A stretch of 64,000 nt of DNA. It comes from Parasitella parasitica NRRL 2501. Its lineage: Eukaryota > Fungi > Mucoromycota. A program made the position numbers and the translations under genes. Positions 48,008-63,711 of the stretch are shown in pieces. The notes under the pieces are model-generated. The model made no database searches. It saw nothing but the letters and a program-made list of their open reading frames with translations, and was not told the origin of the DNA. Within the stretch, counting starts at the first letter, position 1; each line of letters opens with the position of its first letter. Where the stretch lies: positions 48,018 through 112,017 of the forward strand of contig MU619320.1 in the NCBI GenBank assembly GCA_025201805.1, read 5' to 3'.

Positions 48008-50369
48008 ATGACCTTTGGTACGGATTTAAAGGTATTCCCGTGTGCTCTATAACAAAGGAAAAGCAGCAATTTTAACATGCAAAAAAAAAAAAAAAAAAGG
48101 ATCAGGTGCCATCTATATTGAAATATGTGGGTGATGGCATCCACTCTTTGACGCAATTCCGCAACTTTATAAAAGAAAGAAGCAGCATCGAGCGTGAATA
48201 TGCTCAAAAATTGGATGCGTTATCAAGAAAATATAAAACGACCAACAAGAAAACCAACAATATAGCCGACCAGCAAGACGAGTGGGATTGGGATGACACG
48301 TCAAGGTTTGCAAGTTGTGAGTTTTTTACTGATTGCAATGAAAAACTAAGCAACACCTCAGCACTACAGCTTCGGCTTGGTCTCATTTGCTTGATCAAAC
48401 CACGCTGGTAGCAAAGAGCAGATTCTCCTTTGTAGACGAATTGAACAACGTGGTGGTTGATTCCCTCAGAGGCATTGCAGCTAGAAAAGAGGACTCTCGA
48501 AAGAAACATGCCGCTTTTTACCAAAAATTAAAAGCAGAAAGAGACAAAACCTATGCTGACAAAGACAAGGCCAAGCAGCTCTACGACGAAGCATGTGCAG
48601 AAATCGAAAACATCAGGGCCAAAATCAGCAAATCCAGTGGAGACGTAGATAAGCTGCAACGGCAACTAGATGCTTGTCTTTTGGATCGAGATAATAAAAA
48701 GGTACTGTCTGTTTATAACGCTTTGTTTTTTTTTCTGCTAATTTTATAGCAGAATCTTTATCTACTGTCAATTAGCGTTGCCAATGCTGAAAGGGCGAAA
48801 TATTTTGAAGATGATATTCCAATTTTAGCAGATGTAAGTGCTGCGTTAATTTTTATCTGGCCCCATCTGATAATTTATTGGTTCAGCATTTGCAAGAGTT
48901 GGATGCATCTCGCATTATTGCATTGAAGATTATTCTTAAAAATTACGTTGATATGGAAACAAAGTTATTGACGACCGTGCAAAAATGCCACGATGACACA
49001 TTGGAATCGGTTGAAAAGCTGGACCCCTCTATTGACGCCGGTGTTTTCATCCGCTCAGCTCTAGGCGCAGTGGAAGCTACTGAAAAGGCTGCGAATGTTA
49101 CATTCACTTTTATGCCTTGGAATGGCGGCGCACATGCTGCGGAAACAATCATTGACAGGGATGATGACTTGACGTCGAGCGATTCTGCCGTCATTTTCCT
49201 CAACAACAAGCTAATCAAAAATCGCAAACAATTGAATATTTTGGCTGATGACTTGTCAAAGAGATCTACAGAAATGAGTCAGCTGGAATCGATGGTCAAA
49301 TCAATAGAAAACAAGGCTTCGCCTGATTATGATAAATCAAACGAGGTATAGTACGTATAGATGTAAATGACGGGTTCACTCATATTGAGCATAGAAACTA
49401 ATGGATGTCATCCGAGATATTACACTGTTATCAACACAAAAAGTGCGCGTAAAGAGCGAGATTGATTTAATTATACAAAATATTGGCGATGATGGCCTGC
49501 GAGCAGAGAATCATGATTTCAAGGCATCATCTTTCACTATTCCAACCACATGCGATCTGTGTAATAGTACAATTTGGGGCCTATCGAATAAGGGGTTTAC
49601 TTGTAGAGCTTGTGGATTCAACTGCCACGCCAAGTGCGAAATGAAAGTTGCTCCTAATTGCAGCAAGAAGAAAGGCCTGATCAATCCACAGCCTTCTCCA
49701 TCTACTTTACAGCCTATCGGTTCTCGAGCTGTGGGACGGCAAGGAAGTATTGGCAGTGGAGGAGGATCTATTCGGTCTATCCCAACAAGCTACTCTACAA
49801 GCAATTACAACGAACCGCCAGCCACTACTGCGGTTCCGTTGTCTAGCGCTACATCCACTTGTACGGATTATGCACGCTCTATGTACGCTTACGATGCGCA
49901 AAATGCAGACGAATTAGACATGGCACAAGGCGATGTCTTGAAAATTGTAGTTCCTGACGACGGCACTGGTTGGATCACGGCACAGTTGGGAGAACGGGTT
50001 GGCTTGGTGCCTGCCAACTATGTTGAATATATCAGTCAGGGGAATGACACTGGATCGGCTGTACCTCAACACATACCAGCAGCAATACAAGAGGATTATT
50101 CGACTATTAATCCAGCCTCAATTGCCGCCAATACCCTCAATGAGACGAACGACATGCCTGCCCCTTTATCTTCATCAGCTGTAGCCATTTCCCCAATGGA
50201 AACAGTTAGAGCATTGTACGATTTTGAGGCTGTCAATGCAGAGGAATTAAATATTCGTCAAGGCGATATTATCACAGTGACAAAGAGAGATGATAGCGGC
50301 TGGTGGGAAGGGACCCTGAATGGGCAGACTGGGATTTTTCCTTCCAATTATGTCGATGTTGACTCATAA
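48008..50369 (+). CDS. BZZ1: Bzz1-like F-BAR + C1 + 2xSH3 protein
   Basis: MTFGTDL, FIKERSSIEREYAQKL (FCH), HDFKASSFTIPTTCDLC..CGFNCHAKC (C1) and two SH3 domains (GLVPANYV; ALYDF..GWWEG..GIFPSNYV). Confidence 0.92.
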
Positions 50370-50795
50370 ATCAGATGTGCTTTATTATAACTTTGTAAAG
50401 TAAAGCTTTCAGTTTCACTAAAAAAAAAAATCCATCAGGATAAGTTTATTATGCAGATGTCCGAAAATATGATACATACCCATTCTTGGTACAAACCTCT
50501 TGTAGCTATTTTAAAAAATGAAATTTATACAGTAGCTTAGCTTAGAAACTATGGTATGATTTTTTCCCATATTGAAAAATAAAGCGTGGCTCAGAGAGCA
50601 TGTATCAGATTATTGGGATTAGCCTAGGTACGACAAGCAATCGATTGCCAGCTATCGGATGTAAAACCCTTTTTAATGCATTTCCATATAGTGCTAAAAC
50701 GGGGGTTTGTGGCAACCTTTTGATTCAAACTATTTTTTATTTTTTCTTCTGTAGTTTTTCCATCTCTTTCCATTCACCAAAGTTTTTTTTCGTAA

Positions 50796-52968
<2,173 letters not shown>

Positions 52969-53114
52969 ATAGTGAGTGATTTGATTAAATACTTTATTCT
53001 TTCTTGAAAAACACCTATGGATTTATTCAATAGTAATAATGATTCGATATTATGAGTGAGTAATATTAGCAAGAGTGCAGTGCTCTTTTGGGATTTAGTA
53101 TACAGAATCTCGGA

Positions 53115-54314
53115 TTAAGCAGAGGTGACCACTGGTGTGGCAGGAGAAGCATCTTTATTTGTTATTGTCTCAGTGGCTGTAACACCAGTGGCAGCAGTAG
53201 TAGCAGCGTCAGTAGCAGCGTCAGTCGCTGCAGCAGCAGGAGCCGAGGTAATGTCGGGAGAAGCAGACGTTTCTTGAGCAACAATAGCAGCACCGCCTTC
53301 ATTAGCATCCTTGCTGCTATTGGCGTGCTCATCTGCAGCGGTTTCAGCTTTATCATTTGATTTCTGGTGTTTTTTGTTGTAGCTAGGGATCTTTTTGGCA
53401 AAGAATCCAGTTACACGGCGACTTAATGTAGGTGATGATGGATGTTCTTCAAGTTCGGGATCAACAACAGCGGCACTGGGGGTTTCTGATTCTTGCGTAG
53501 TGTTCACTTCTCGGCTATTATGCTCTATATAAGTCAAGCATTGTTAATTAGAATTCATTAAATTATAGTTATTAAAATTGCTACCTGTATCACTGTGCTC
53601 TTCCTCCTTCTTTTTCGCGGCTCCACCAAACAATTTACTCAATAAAGATTGGCGTTTGTTGGTGTTACTGTGATTGGCCGATGCGGATGGCGTTTCTGCC
53701 TCATGCACTGCTGCATCGCCTTCGGAAGACGAAGAGGATGATGATGAAGAGGAGGATGTGGTCTTCTTTTCTTCACTGGTAACAACAGCAGCAACAGAAG
53801 CTTCTTTATCTTCAGTAGCGGACTGCTCTGAAGAAGTTCCAGCAATGTCTTTGATGTTGTTGTTGCTGGCCGTTTGCTACAGGGAGAGAAGAGAAGTTTT
53901 AGCATTAGAGACTTATTTTCGTGCGAGAGCTAGATTACTTACTTTGATCCTCGTGTACAAATTTCCCAAGCCTTTAGCAATCTTGTTCTCTGCCGTAACG
54001 ACAGCGGCAGCTACTTTCTCTTCTGCATTTGCAATTTCTCTGGAAATATCTGCTGTGTGTGCTGGAGTCTCAGCGGCGGCCTCTTTTTTGTTAACTTTGA
54101 AAAGGTTGTTGAAGAGGGGTTTACGCTTAGCACTAGTGGGCTTTTCCTCATTGGGTGTAGCAAGATCTTCAGGGTTGTTGGCGGTAGGTGGCTCGATCTG
54201 AATACTCATAGTAGGCTCTTGTGCTTCTTTGGTAGCATCTGCAGCAACATTCTTCGCAGCAGCGGTGTTTTCAACAACAGCAGGTGTAGCAATAGGTGGT
54301 ACTTCAATGGTCAT
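53115..54314 (-). CDS. Low-complexity Ala/Thr/Glu-rich disordered hypothetical protein
   Basis: Three exons with GT-AG introns and short motifs KRKPLFNNLFK and SPTLSRRVTGFFAK. No domain was recognised. Confidence 0.65.
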
Positions 54315-54526
54315 TGTTGAGTAAATCAAGGGAAGAAAAGGGAAAGGAGAAGAAGAGACGACATGGATTGTAAATGTCTCGATATATACCAAGAAGATGA
54401 TGAATTAAGGAGTGATAAAAAATCACTGCTTTGAGAGTTGTAACGTTAAAAATAACAAATAATTATACAACTTTCCTCATTTCTTGTTTGCATTTGTTTA
54501 CATCAAATGATAGATGTCTCTAAAGT

Positions 54527-54541
54527 NNNNNNNNNNNNNNN
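54527..54541. other. Assembly gap (N run) next to a poly-A tract
   Basis: 15 Ns are followed by a run of about 21 A. Confidence 0.98.
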
Positions 54542-55614
54542 AAAAAAAAAAAAAAAAAAAAAGTGGCTCTTTTGACCAGTCGCCGTAATATACAATTGTG
54601 ATCAGTGATTTACATTCGCAAAAGACTCGATCTAGGCAATGCGATAAGAGGATGAATTGATGCTGGGGACCTCATCCAAACGATCGTTTGCTGCGTGCTT
54701 CTGTACAACCTGAATCTGCTATTTTTTTTTAGAGTGCCTTGATCTTCTGATTTCTTGACGTCTAATCTTCTAATGCATTTATACACATAAGGTCAGTTTT
54801 GGAGTAAAACAACAATACATGCTTTGCTTTTTACACACTTGATTTCTTTTTTTTTTTTTTTTTAGATATAACCAAATGCGACATCGATATGGTACACAGA
54901 TTGATCGGAATTTGCCTCTGGGCATAACACTGCATATGTGCATAAGCTTACTGTATATGTAACCCTGAGCCTGAGAATACACGAATATATAGTAACCGTT
55001 ATCAAAAAAAGATGCCATAAAGCCTTACATGGATAGATTGGTACATACATCATATTACATTGAAAAGATGTGCTTGGCTTATACTTTATGTATGTACATA
55101 CTCCATTCAGAAGCAAACATCAACTGCATCAAACAGAAAACATTGTAGCGAGAAACTAAAGCAAAATTTCAAACGAAATAGTGATAGTCATTATCAAATA
55201 ACTTGGGCATTTAGAGTTAAATCAGAACAGCAATGCTCAAAAGTTTTTGAAGGTTGTTAGAGCTTGGTAAAATTTCCAAATCATGGAACTGTTTCAATGA
55301 ATGCCCTCACGATGCATGTTATATTACTTGGCCAATATATGGGCGGTTTGAAAATGAATACATCCGACGCACTCTACAATAATCGATCACTGCGAAATGC
55401 TTGCCTGGAATGTCTTGATAATGCGTATTTTATGGCTACAAAAAAGAAGACATTGGAAGGAGCTTATGGGGAATGTCGATGGGGGCAGATGTTTATATCT
55501 TCGAGCTAATTTTGTTTTGTTTTGTTTTTTTGTATGTCATAAAGAGAAGGATAATCATAGCTAATATACATAAGGATTAAATAGATAGAGAAAGAAAAAA
55601 AGAAAAGAGGCTGA

Positions 55615-58600
55615 TCAGCAGAAACAATACGATCGACTAGTCTTGTAAACGACGCCATCACCTCGTACCAACAATATCCTGATACTGTAGGGCATTCTAG
55701 GTTTTTTCTTATCAGCGCCGCCGCTACCATCATCGTCGTCTGCCTGCTGTTCGTTTGCCAACACATCATGGACTCTATTCAAGCCCACAGATTGCAGCAG
55801 CTCTTCTCGAGAAGGCAGGCGACACACCAGCATTTCTCGACTGCGATATTCGGTAAAGGGAGCTTTGATATCGCCAAACCAGATCTGCAGATCGCGAGTA
55901 AAGTTCTCTCCAGAGACTGTCATCATTGTAGACAGATTATAGTCATCGTCTTGCTGTTGAGCTGAACGTTGTTGTGCTTGATTCCGTTTGCTGGGGTCCA
56001 TATAGTGGTCGTTGGAGATGACAAAATGCGTCAAGCATGGAAACGGTGTGCTCAAGGGTGCAGTAATTTGTTTCTCTTGCTGTTTGTTCTCGTCCAAATG
56101 TGGGGGTGTCCAGAAAGTGTACCTTGCACACTCTACAAGAAGAAAAATCAATACAAAAACCTCAATCTAACCTATTGCTCGTTCATTCGAACCTGTGCCA
56201 ACAATCGTCCACACGGCAGCATCTGATACATCTTCGGACCAGTACGCGCCAAATTCAGCCAAGGCCTGACCACTGTTAGGAGCAACGCTGCCTTTGCGGT
56301 TGGCCGTTGCTGATTTATCTTGGTAGGCAGCTGAAGGGGTAGAAATAGAGTGCGATCGTTGGGTAAGCATGCTGTGATGCACCGGTGATGAGTTTGGATG
56401 GGCTGATTTGTAGTGGGCGTCGTTTGAGCTACTAACACGACGTCGGGTGTTGCCAGAGCCATCTAAATTGCCCAAAGAGTTGTTGTACATTTGCTGCAAA
56501 TGCGGGCTCGACATCATTCCCTGACTGGGCTGACCGTCCATCATGGAGACTCGTCTCTTGCGATTGTTCTGTTTCATGTTCGAATTTAAAGTGGCAGACA
56601 GGGCGCTTGCCGTAAAGTTGTAGCACTCAGCAGCAGCGGCAGCGGCAGCTGGATTGATGTTGAAATGAATGCCTTTAATGGGGCTTCTTTTATCTGTTGT
56701 TTTGTGGGTTCCTACCAGGTCGTTCAAACAAGCAAGATAGGTCACTGGGCCTTTTGTCATTTGAGGCATCATGGAATTGGCGTCATGTTGCTGTAGCTGC
56801 TGCTGCTGCGAATGCTTTGCTGGGCTAATGTCAAAGTGATTTTGATACGTGCTATTGGAATGACTATAGCCGTTTTGGAAACTGGCCTCAGCTTGGTGTG
56901 CTTGGTGCTGAACGACATCATCATGCTGTACTATTTGCAGCGCAATTTTGTGTAGCTGGGATACCGGATCACCAAGCACTTCGTCACCGTATTCACCGCC
57001 TCCAGAAAAGGATGCATCAAACTCTTTGGGGCAGCGAGCGCCTCCCACTACCATAGACGCTTTGTCTACTTTGCGGACAATCATGACAGGGCTGACAAGT
57101 CCAGTCGTCAGACACTGGAGGACAACGTGCTGATTATAGCGAATCGCTAGCGGTTGGTTTGTATTGTTTTTGAGGGCAATAGTAGGGGGATTTGGGTAGG
57201 GTATTGTTGGAACGAGGCTGGGGCAGCCAATGTACTCATCGGCTCGAGATGTGCTGGTAGATTCGTGTGCATTGGCACTGTGAGTAGGATTAACGACCCA
57301 GATCACAAATGGATCCCAGGAACTCGTCCTTGCTACAAAGCAGGTATCTGTATTTGCTTGAGTGCCTTTTTGGCTCTGAAGTCTGCCAGGGTAATCGAAC
57401 AACGAAGACTCTCCAGATGTAGAGGAAACACCTAGATATTTAGTCGACACGGTTTGCGAACGGATGCGATTGAATAACGAGACAGTTGTGCCATGGTAGA
57501 TGCAAACTACGTGAACATTGCGTCAGACGGCGAATAGAATATGGCACAGTGTGTGTATACTTACGCTCAATATTCTTGACGCTTTGACGCTTTTTGCTAG
57601 GCTTGCTGATCACCTTGATTCCTCTGCTGGAAAGAGTGCCCAGCATAAGGCCGTTTGCAAGCTGGACTTTGATGAGACATTCGACTTTCTTTCGTTTTTC
57701 ATCTGCGTCGTTGATGAAAAGTCGTTTGAGGACACAGCGACCGCCAGCAAGCGTTTCCTTTCGGCTATTTCGATACCAATCATCGTTAGCGTTTGCTTTG
57801 CTTTCGCCCGATGAGGTATTGTTTCGACTGCTAGTTTCAAGCGCATCAGTCGTTGCGTTTTTGTTGTTGCTTTTGTTAGCAGATGCAGCAGCAGACTGCG
57901 CTTTTGTAGTGTTTAATGCTCCACCTGTTTGGCCCACCATGGTGCCGGAGAGGGCGTACCACTCAATTCTTCCTGATTGCTGGCCAGATGTCTCACCAGA
58001 TATGCAAATGTTCAGTGAAGGAGGCGCTCGGACGATATTGTCTTTATCGCAAAACAGGGCATCTTGCCGGTGCTCCTCGTTCTGTTGGCTATTCAGCGAA
58101 GGAGGCGTCCACCAGCTCGAGCCAACCAGGATGGCGGTGGGCGGAGGGCATAAAAATCTAACATGTTTCTGTCAATTAATCTTTTGCCTTTGCAAGCGAG
58201 CAATTGAGAGCTACCTTTTTTCTGTGCCGTAGCTTTTCTGAGCAACTTTGCTCGTCATAATAATCACTGTTCGCTCTCCGGCTTCGAGAGGATCGTCGGC
58301 ATGGAGGTAAGCTTGAATGGCTGGTTTCATTTTGACAGCATTTACCATGCCCTGCATCATGCGCGAGGACACAGAAGAGCTGATGCGACTGGGTGTAGCG
58401 GATTGGAACTCAAAGAATGAAGTTTTGTTGGTGATCTCTTCAGGAACAGACGTGGCGGATGGTTGCTTGGTAACAAGCAGAGATGGAGTTTGAATATTCT
58501 GCTGTTGCTGATTATGCTGCTGTTGCTGATTATGCTGCTGTTGAAGAGCAGAAAGATTGGAAACCCTAAAAGCAGGAGTAGAAGAGCTGGCGGTAGTTGT

Positions 58601-59437
58601 CGGCGAAGAAGAAGCAGTAGATGTTGGAGAGAAGGCAGCGGTCAAATGAGAGTGCTGTGGATCATGGAGCAACAGATGAGGACTCGAAGACTATATAAGA
58701 GTTATTTCTAATCGTGTATCTATCGTGAGAAAAAGAGCAGACATCTTACCATCAAAGACGAGTTCTCCTTTGGCTGAACGTAGTGCTCTTCTATTCCATC
58801 AAAATAGGGTATAATTGATCTTGAGCCATCATCATCGTTATCGTTGTTATGATTGAACGAGAATAAGTCATGGTGGTCCTACATGTGTATAAAGTTGGAT
58901 TAAGCATTTTGGAGAAAGAGAGAGAAAGAGAGAGAGGGGGGGAAAAAAAGCAGCATTTACATTGAAATCAGATGTGGTATGATGGATATGATTTGTTTCG
59001 TCTGCTGAATTATGATGATTTTGCTGGTTATGACAATTAGATGGCATGATGAGTCCATGCGAAGATGGGTCATCAAATGGCAAAAAGTCGAATAGTGGAT
59101 GAAAATTGCTAGCTGCAGCAGGAGCAGTGTGGTGCCTTTGGTGATGGTTATGGCTATAGTTTGGCACATTGTTTAGTATAGAATCTATGCTCTGGAAATG
59201 GGCTGAATTGTGATGGCTTGACCAGTCGTCGACTTCGGCGTTCTTGGGATCAGAGGGCAATGCTAATGCATCATTCAAATTGACAAGCTCTGGCTGGTTT
59301 TTGTCAAAGTCGTGGTGGAACTCATGTTGCTCCAGGTGAAGCTGCTTGCCATTGCTGTTCATCATTGCACTATTGCCGTTTTTTATTGAGGCTTTGGGCA
59401 AATGTTCAGTCAAAGAAAATGAATGATATTCTGACAT
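55615..59437 (-). CDS. Fungal CSL (CBF1/Su(H)/LAG-1) transcription factor
   Basis: SKVAQKSYGTEKRFLCPPP, KRLFINDADEKRK, IKVISKPSKKRQ, VSLFNRIRSQTVSTKYL, beta-trefoil VVLQCLTTGLVSPVMIVRKV..GDPVSQLHKIA and IPT-like GENFTRDLQIWFG..LLVRGDGVVY. The N-terminus is long and H/N/Q-rich. Confidence 0.93.
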
Positions 59438-59924
59438 TTCTCTTGCTCTTTTAAAATATACGAGCAATTATATCTTAAACTGATGGCCCTTGAAGTAATG
59501 ATGTATACAACGAGGAAGAAAGCAAAAAAAAGATGGAAAGAAAGAGGACCTGAATTGATGGGAAAAAAAGAGTGCGGGGTGAAATATAGAGTGGGTACAT
59601 CGACCTCTTCATTGGATCAAAAGCTGTATTTGAATATAGTACTTGTATATTTCGACAACTTCCGTTCGATGCGATACCTCTGTCAGTTATTGTCTGTTTT
59701 TATACACGGCTCACCTGACCAGAAATGTATCAGATGAACAAAAATAAACTCGAGGTACGGATGCGGTCTATTTTTTCATCTGGGGTTTGTTATACAAACA
59801 CCTGGGATTTGGACGTTTATTATTTCAATATTTTACCCCACATGTACGACAATGGAGGAATACACAAGGGAAAAACTGCTACAAACGCCCTCAGCATTGG
59901 AACACTATCCTCAGGAGCATACCA

Positions 59925-60572
59925 TTATTCAATTGGTCCAGCACCATCGATTGTGCCTAAAAAGTTACTCTTATTATTTTTGTGTAATCTTGGTCGTTTT
60001 CCATAAAAAAAAAAAAAAAAAAAAAACTACCTTGGTGTACGAATTCAAGAGTCGCCATTACTGTCTTCATGTCATGCTCCATGATCTCGGCCCAGTTTTT
60101 AACATCTCCCAGTTCCTGCGTTTAATCAGCAAAATTTCAAGCTCATTTTCTACAACATTGCGGCTTTGCTACCTTCAATGACATGTTGAAATCATCTACC
60201 AATGTCAACCACTGCTGCGTCTGGCTAGCGTATTTGGTGGTTTGGTTGGCTAATTTTCTCGATTGCTGCTCCAGTTCTTTTTGCCTTGAAAATATCTCTG
60301 TGACGCTTGCAAAACATGCATCAGTATATCGCATTTGATGTAGCAAGACCTGGATATATTACCCATCGTTGACGTATTCCGTTATTGAATCTGTTAGGGT
60401 GTTTGTAGCATGTATTGCATTTTTCTTTAACTGTTCTAGTGAAAATTGCAGCGAGTTGGCAGATGTTCTGAAGGTAAAGCATGTATATTTTTTTTTTTTT
60501 ACCATTGTGTCTCTTTATCTCGCTCTGCTTCTCGTTGTGTGATTTCAAAAGCTGTGATAATGACTCTGACAT
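59925..60572 (-). CDS. BLOC1S1: BLOC-1 subunit 1 (GCN5L1/BLOS1)
   Basis: MSESLSQLLKSHNEKQ, EIFSRQKELEQQSRKL..QTQQWLTLVDDFNMSLKELGDVKNWAEIMEHDMKTVMATLEFVH. Confidence 0.9.
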
Positions 60573-61200
60573 GGTCTGTTTATGTATGTGTTTTGCTTGC
60601 TAGTATATAATGAAAAAAAAAAAAAGAAGGGATCTGTGCAATGGGATGGTGTTAACGCGCGTTTTCCGCTGGGATACAAATAGAGTGTGCTCACTTTTCT
60701 GGAGGGATGGCTAGCTGTCCACATGAAAATTTTCTATAAATGGCTGTTCTACATTCAAACATCCCATCAGCTTAGCTGTCCACATTTTTTCCAAGATGAC
60801 AGGTAGAGTGCAAGGTGGAAAATTTAAAACTGGCTGGTTTGAACAGCTTGGAAGCAGAGAAGATGATCCTTCTTATAATACTTTCCAGCAATTTATTACG
60901 ATACACCTGTAGACGACAGTTAGGCTCATCAAATGCACAATAATCCATCAATGCGTCAACTACCCTAATATTGTATTTAATTGCGAGAAAATGTATAATC
61001 CACAGGCTATTTTTGCAAAGCTAAAAGCTTCCTGATTTCTCCTACAACAAGTATTATAGACCACATTGCATATTGGATATCACACTTTGTAATCATCAGT
61101 GTCATTGTTTGTTAAAACATCTACTCTTTCTCACCAATTTAACTGCTCGGAACCAAACCATCTGACAGTGACGATGTGGCAACCTGGCGGCTCAATTATA

Positions 61201-61374
61201 TGTTGAATTAAGAGGTATTGCTGTTGCCACGAGTTCCAACAATCTCTTTATGATGCTCGCTTTTTTTTAGTGGTATTGCCATTTACCAAGTACTCCAAGA
61301 AAGAGTTTGCCAAGCTACCTTTGCAAATGCTAGCTACAACTAATAAATATGGCGCTCTCAAAAACTGTCTGTTT
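61201..61374 (+). repeat. Inverted partial duplicate of the adjacent MFS coding sequence (61913-62099)
   Basis: tgttgaattaagaggtattgctgttgccacgagttccaacaat...gagtttgccaagctacctttgcaaatgctagctaca..aatatggcgctctcaaaaactgtctgttt matches the MFS sense strand, with scattered substitutions and one ~15-bp deletion. Confidence 0.92.
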
Positions 61375-61696
61375 CATAAACATTTAATAACGCCATATAC
61401 AATTACTACTATTTGCAATGCGAAAGAGCAAGTTTCGAATGTGCCGAAATCAGTTGTATCTCTTTTTTTTTTCTTTTTTATTTTGCCACATTATTTAAGC
61501 TTTGTAAATTATTATATTGGAATTGAAAAGGAGGTGGGAGTAAAAAATATATATGTGCATGTGCATACTAATACAGTAAGTTAAAAAATGTTGATAAAAA
61601 AAGTACAAGTTGTTGAAATTGAGAAGAGAACTTGAATAAATACAAGAAAATGAGAATACAGTATAATTTGTTAGTACATAAATTTGAGATGCTGCT

Positions 61697-63711
61697 TTAC
61701 GCTTTCTGGAACTTTTCATTAGAGTGAATGGAAACCACTTCGACATCGTTGGTGGCGCCAGCAGGAGAAGCACCATAACGAACATTTTTGAAGAAAAGAG
61801 TGAGGATGAAACCTAAAGCAGCAGCGGCAATAGGCAATATGAATACAATATGAAGAGCATCAGAATATGCTTTCACAACGGGTGTTTGGATGTCCAAAGG
61901 CATATTGCGGATAAACAGATAGTTTTTGAGAGCGCCATATTCATTAGCTGTAGCTAGCACTTGCAAAGGTAGCTTGGCAAACTCTTTTTTCAGGAATATT
62001 TGAAAGAGTACTTGATAAATGGCAATACCAATAGAAGAAGCGAGCATCATAAAGAAATTGTTGGAACTCGTGGCAACAGCAATATCTCTCAATTCAACAC
62101 ACGATTGTACCGTCAAGATTGCGTTTTGTTGAGAGAGGCCGAATGCAAAACCACAGAAGGCGAGATAACCAGCTTGCTGGCCCCAGGAGCTATTTTCATT
62201 GACAGTGTAGAAAAGACCATAACCCAGTAAATTGCAAGCCGACCCGATGACGAGATAATACTTGGTGTTGGGATACTTTCTAAGAAGGATACCACATCCG
62301 ACAGAGCCACCGATGAGACAGACCATGAAAGGGATAAGGCGAAGACCAGAGTTGGTACTGTTAACACCGTACACAGCTTGAAAGTAGACAGGGCCAAAGT
62401 ACAAGGTTCCAATGAAGGTAAGACCCAAACACATCATATAGCCATAAACAAGAGTGACGGGGGGATTCAACAAAACTCTACCAGGCAAAAGAGGTTCCTT
62501 TGAAATCCATCCTTCAGAGATAACCAAACAAATAAATGAAACACCAGCAGCAACAAAGGGACCTACAGAGTGAGCACTGCCCCATCTTTAAGAGAATGTA
62601 TTAATACATAGAGTACATTTTGATTATAACGAAATAGCATTCATACCCATAAGAGCCTCCCCAATTAAGAGCCAAAAGTAAACAGACAATAAAACCAATG
62701 GCGAAAAGAGTGCCTAGCCAGTCAATACGCTTCAACTTTTGTACAAACGACTCTTGTTCAGTCTTTGTAGGTTCTTTTAAAAAGAACAATATGACTGTAA
62801 ATGCGATAACTGCAAGGATGACGTTTAGCCAAAAATCCCAATGCCAGGAAGCATGATCGACAAAGGCGCCACCTTTATTCACACTAACGTTTAGTACATG
62901 AAACTCCGTCAGATCAGATCAAGAAAGTCTTACCTAAAAGAGGGCCCACTACACTAGCAATACCGTATACAACAGCAAGCATAGATTGGAAGCGGGGGCG
63001 CAAAGGGACAGGAGCAACGTCAGTGACAAGGATGAATGTCATTGACATGACACCGCCACCGCCAAAACCTTGAATGGTTCGACCGGCTATCAACATGTTG
63101 ATGTCCTTGGATAGGGCATTAATCAAAGAGCCAAGAAAGAAGAAGACGATACCAAACATAAACACAGCTTTTCTGTAAAAACAAAATATTAGGATTCATT
63201 GTACAGAATATCTGAAAAAAAAAGAAAAGAAAGTGCTGTAATACCTTCCAAAAATATCTGAGAACTTTTTTGTTATATGGAATTAGTCAAGTGTGTGATT
63301 TTTTTTTTGTGTTGAAAAACTTACTTTGCCGGCTAATGGCTGGAACGAATTTACAGCTACAAGATAGGCAGTAGCGATCCATGTTTGCTGTTCAATAGCA
63401 TTGAGTTCAGTAGCGATTATACTCATTGCAGGCGCAACCACAGTAGAGTTTAAAGACATCATGAACATGGCAAAGATGATGCCAGTCATGACAAGGGAGA
63501 ACTGAATCAATTCTCGCTTTGATTTGAAATTAGGCTCTTTGCCTGTTTTCTCTACTTGTTTTTCAGCGTCTACCGTAGCTGCGTTTTCTTGCGAATCAGC
63601 ATTGGAGGATTGATACAAGTCCTCAATTGATTGGTGCATATTGGCCTGTTCCGTCATTGTCACCGTGTTGGTTGAGGTATATTTCTCATCAGTAGTATTT
63701 TCTGATGCCAT
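61697..63711 (-). CDS. MFS drug:H+ antiporter (DHA2, 14-TM)
   Basis: [78 protein letters not shown] and YFQAVYG..SGLRLIP. Confidence 0.93.
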
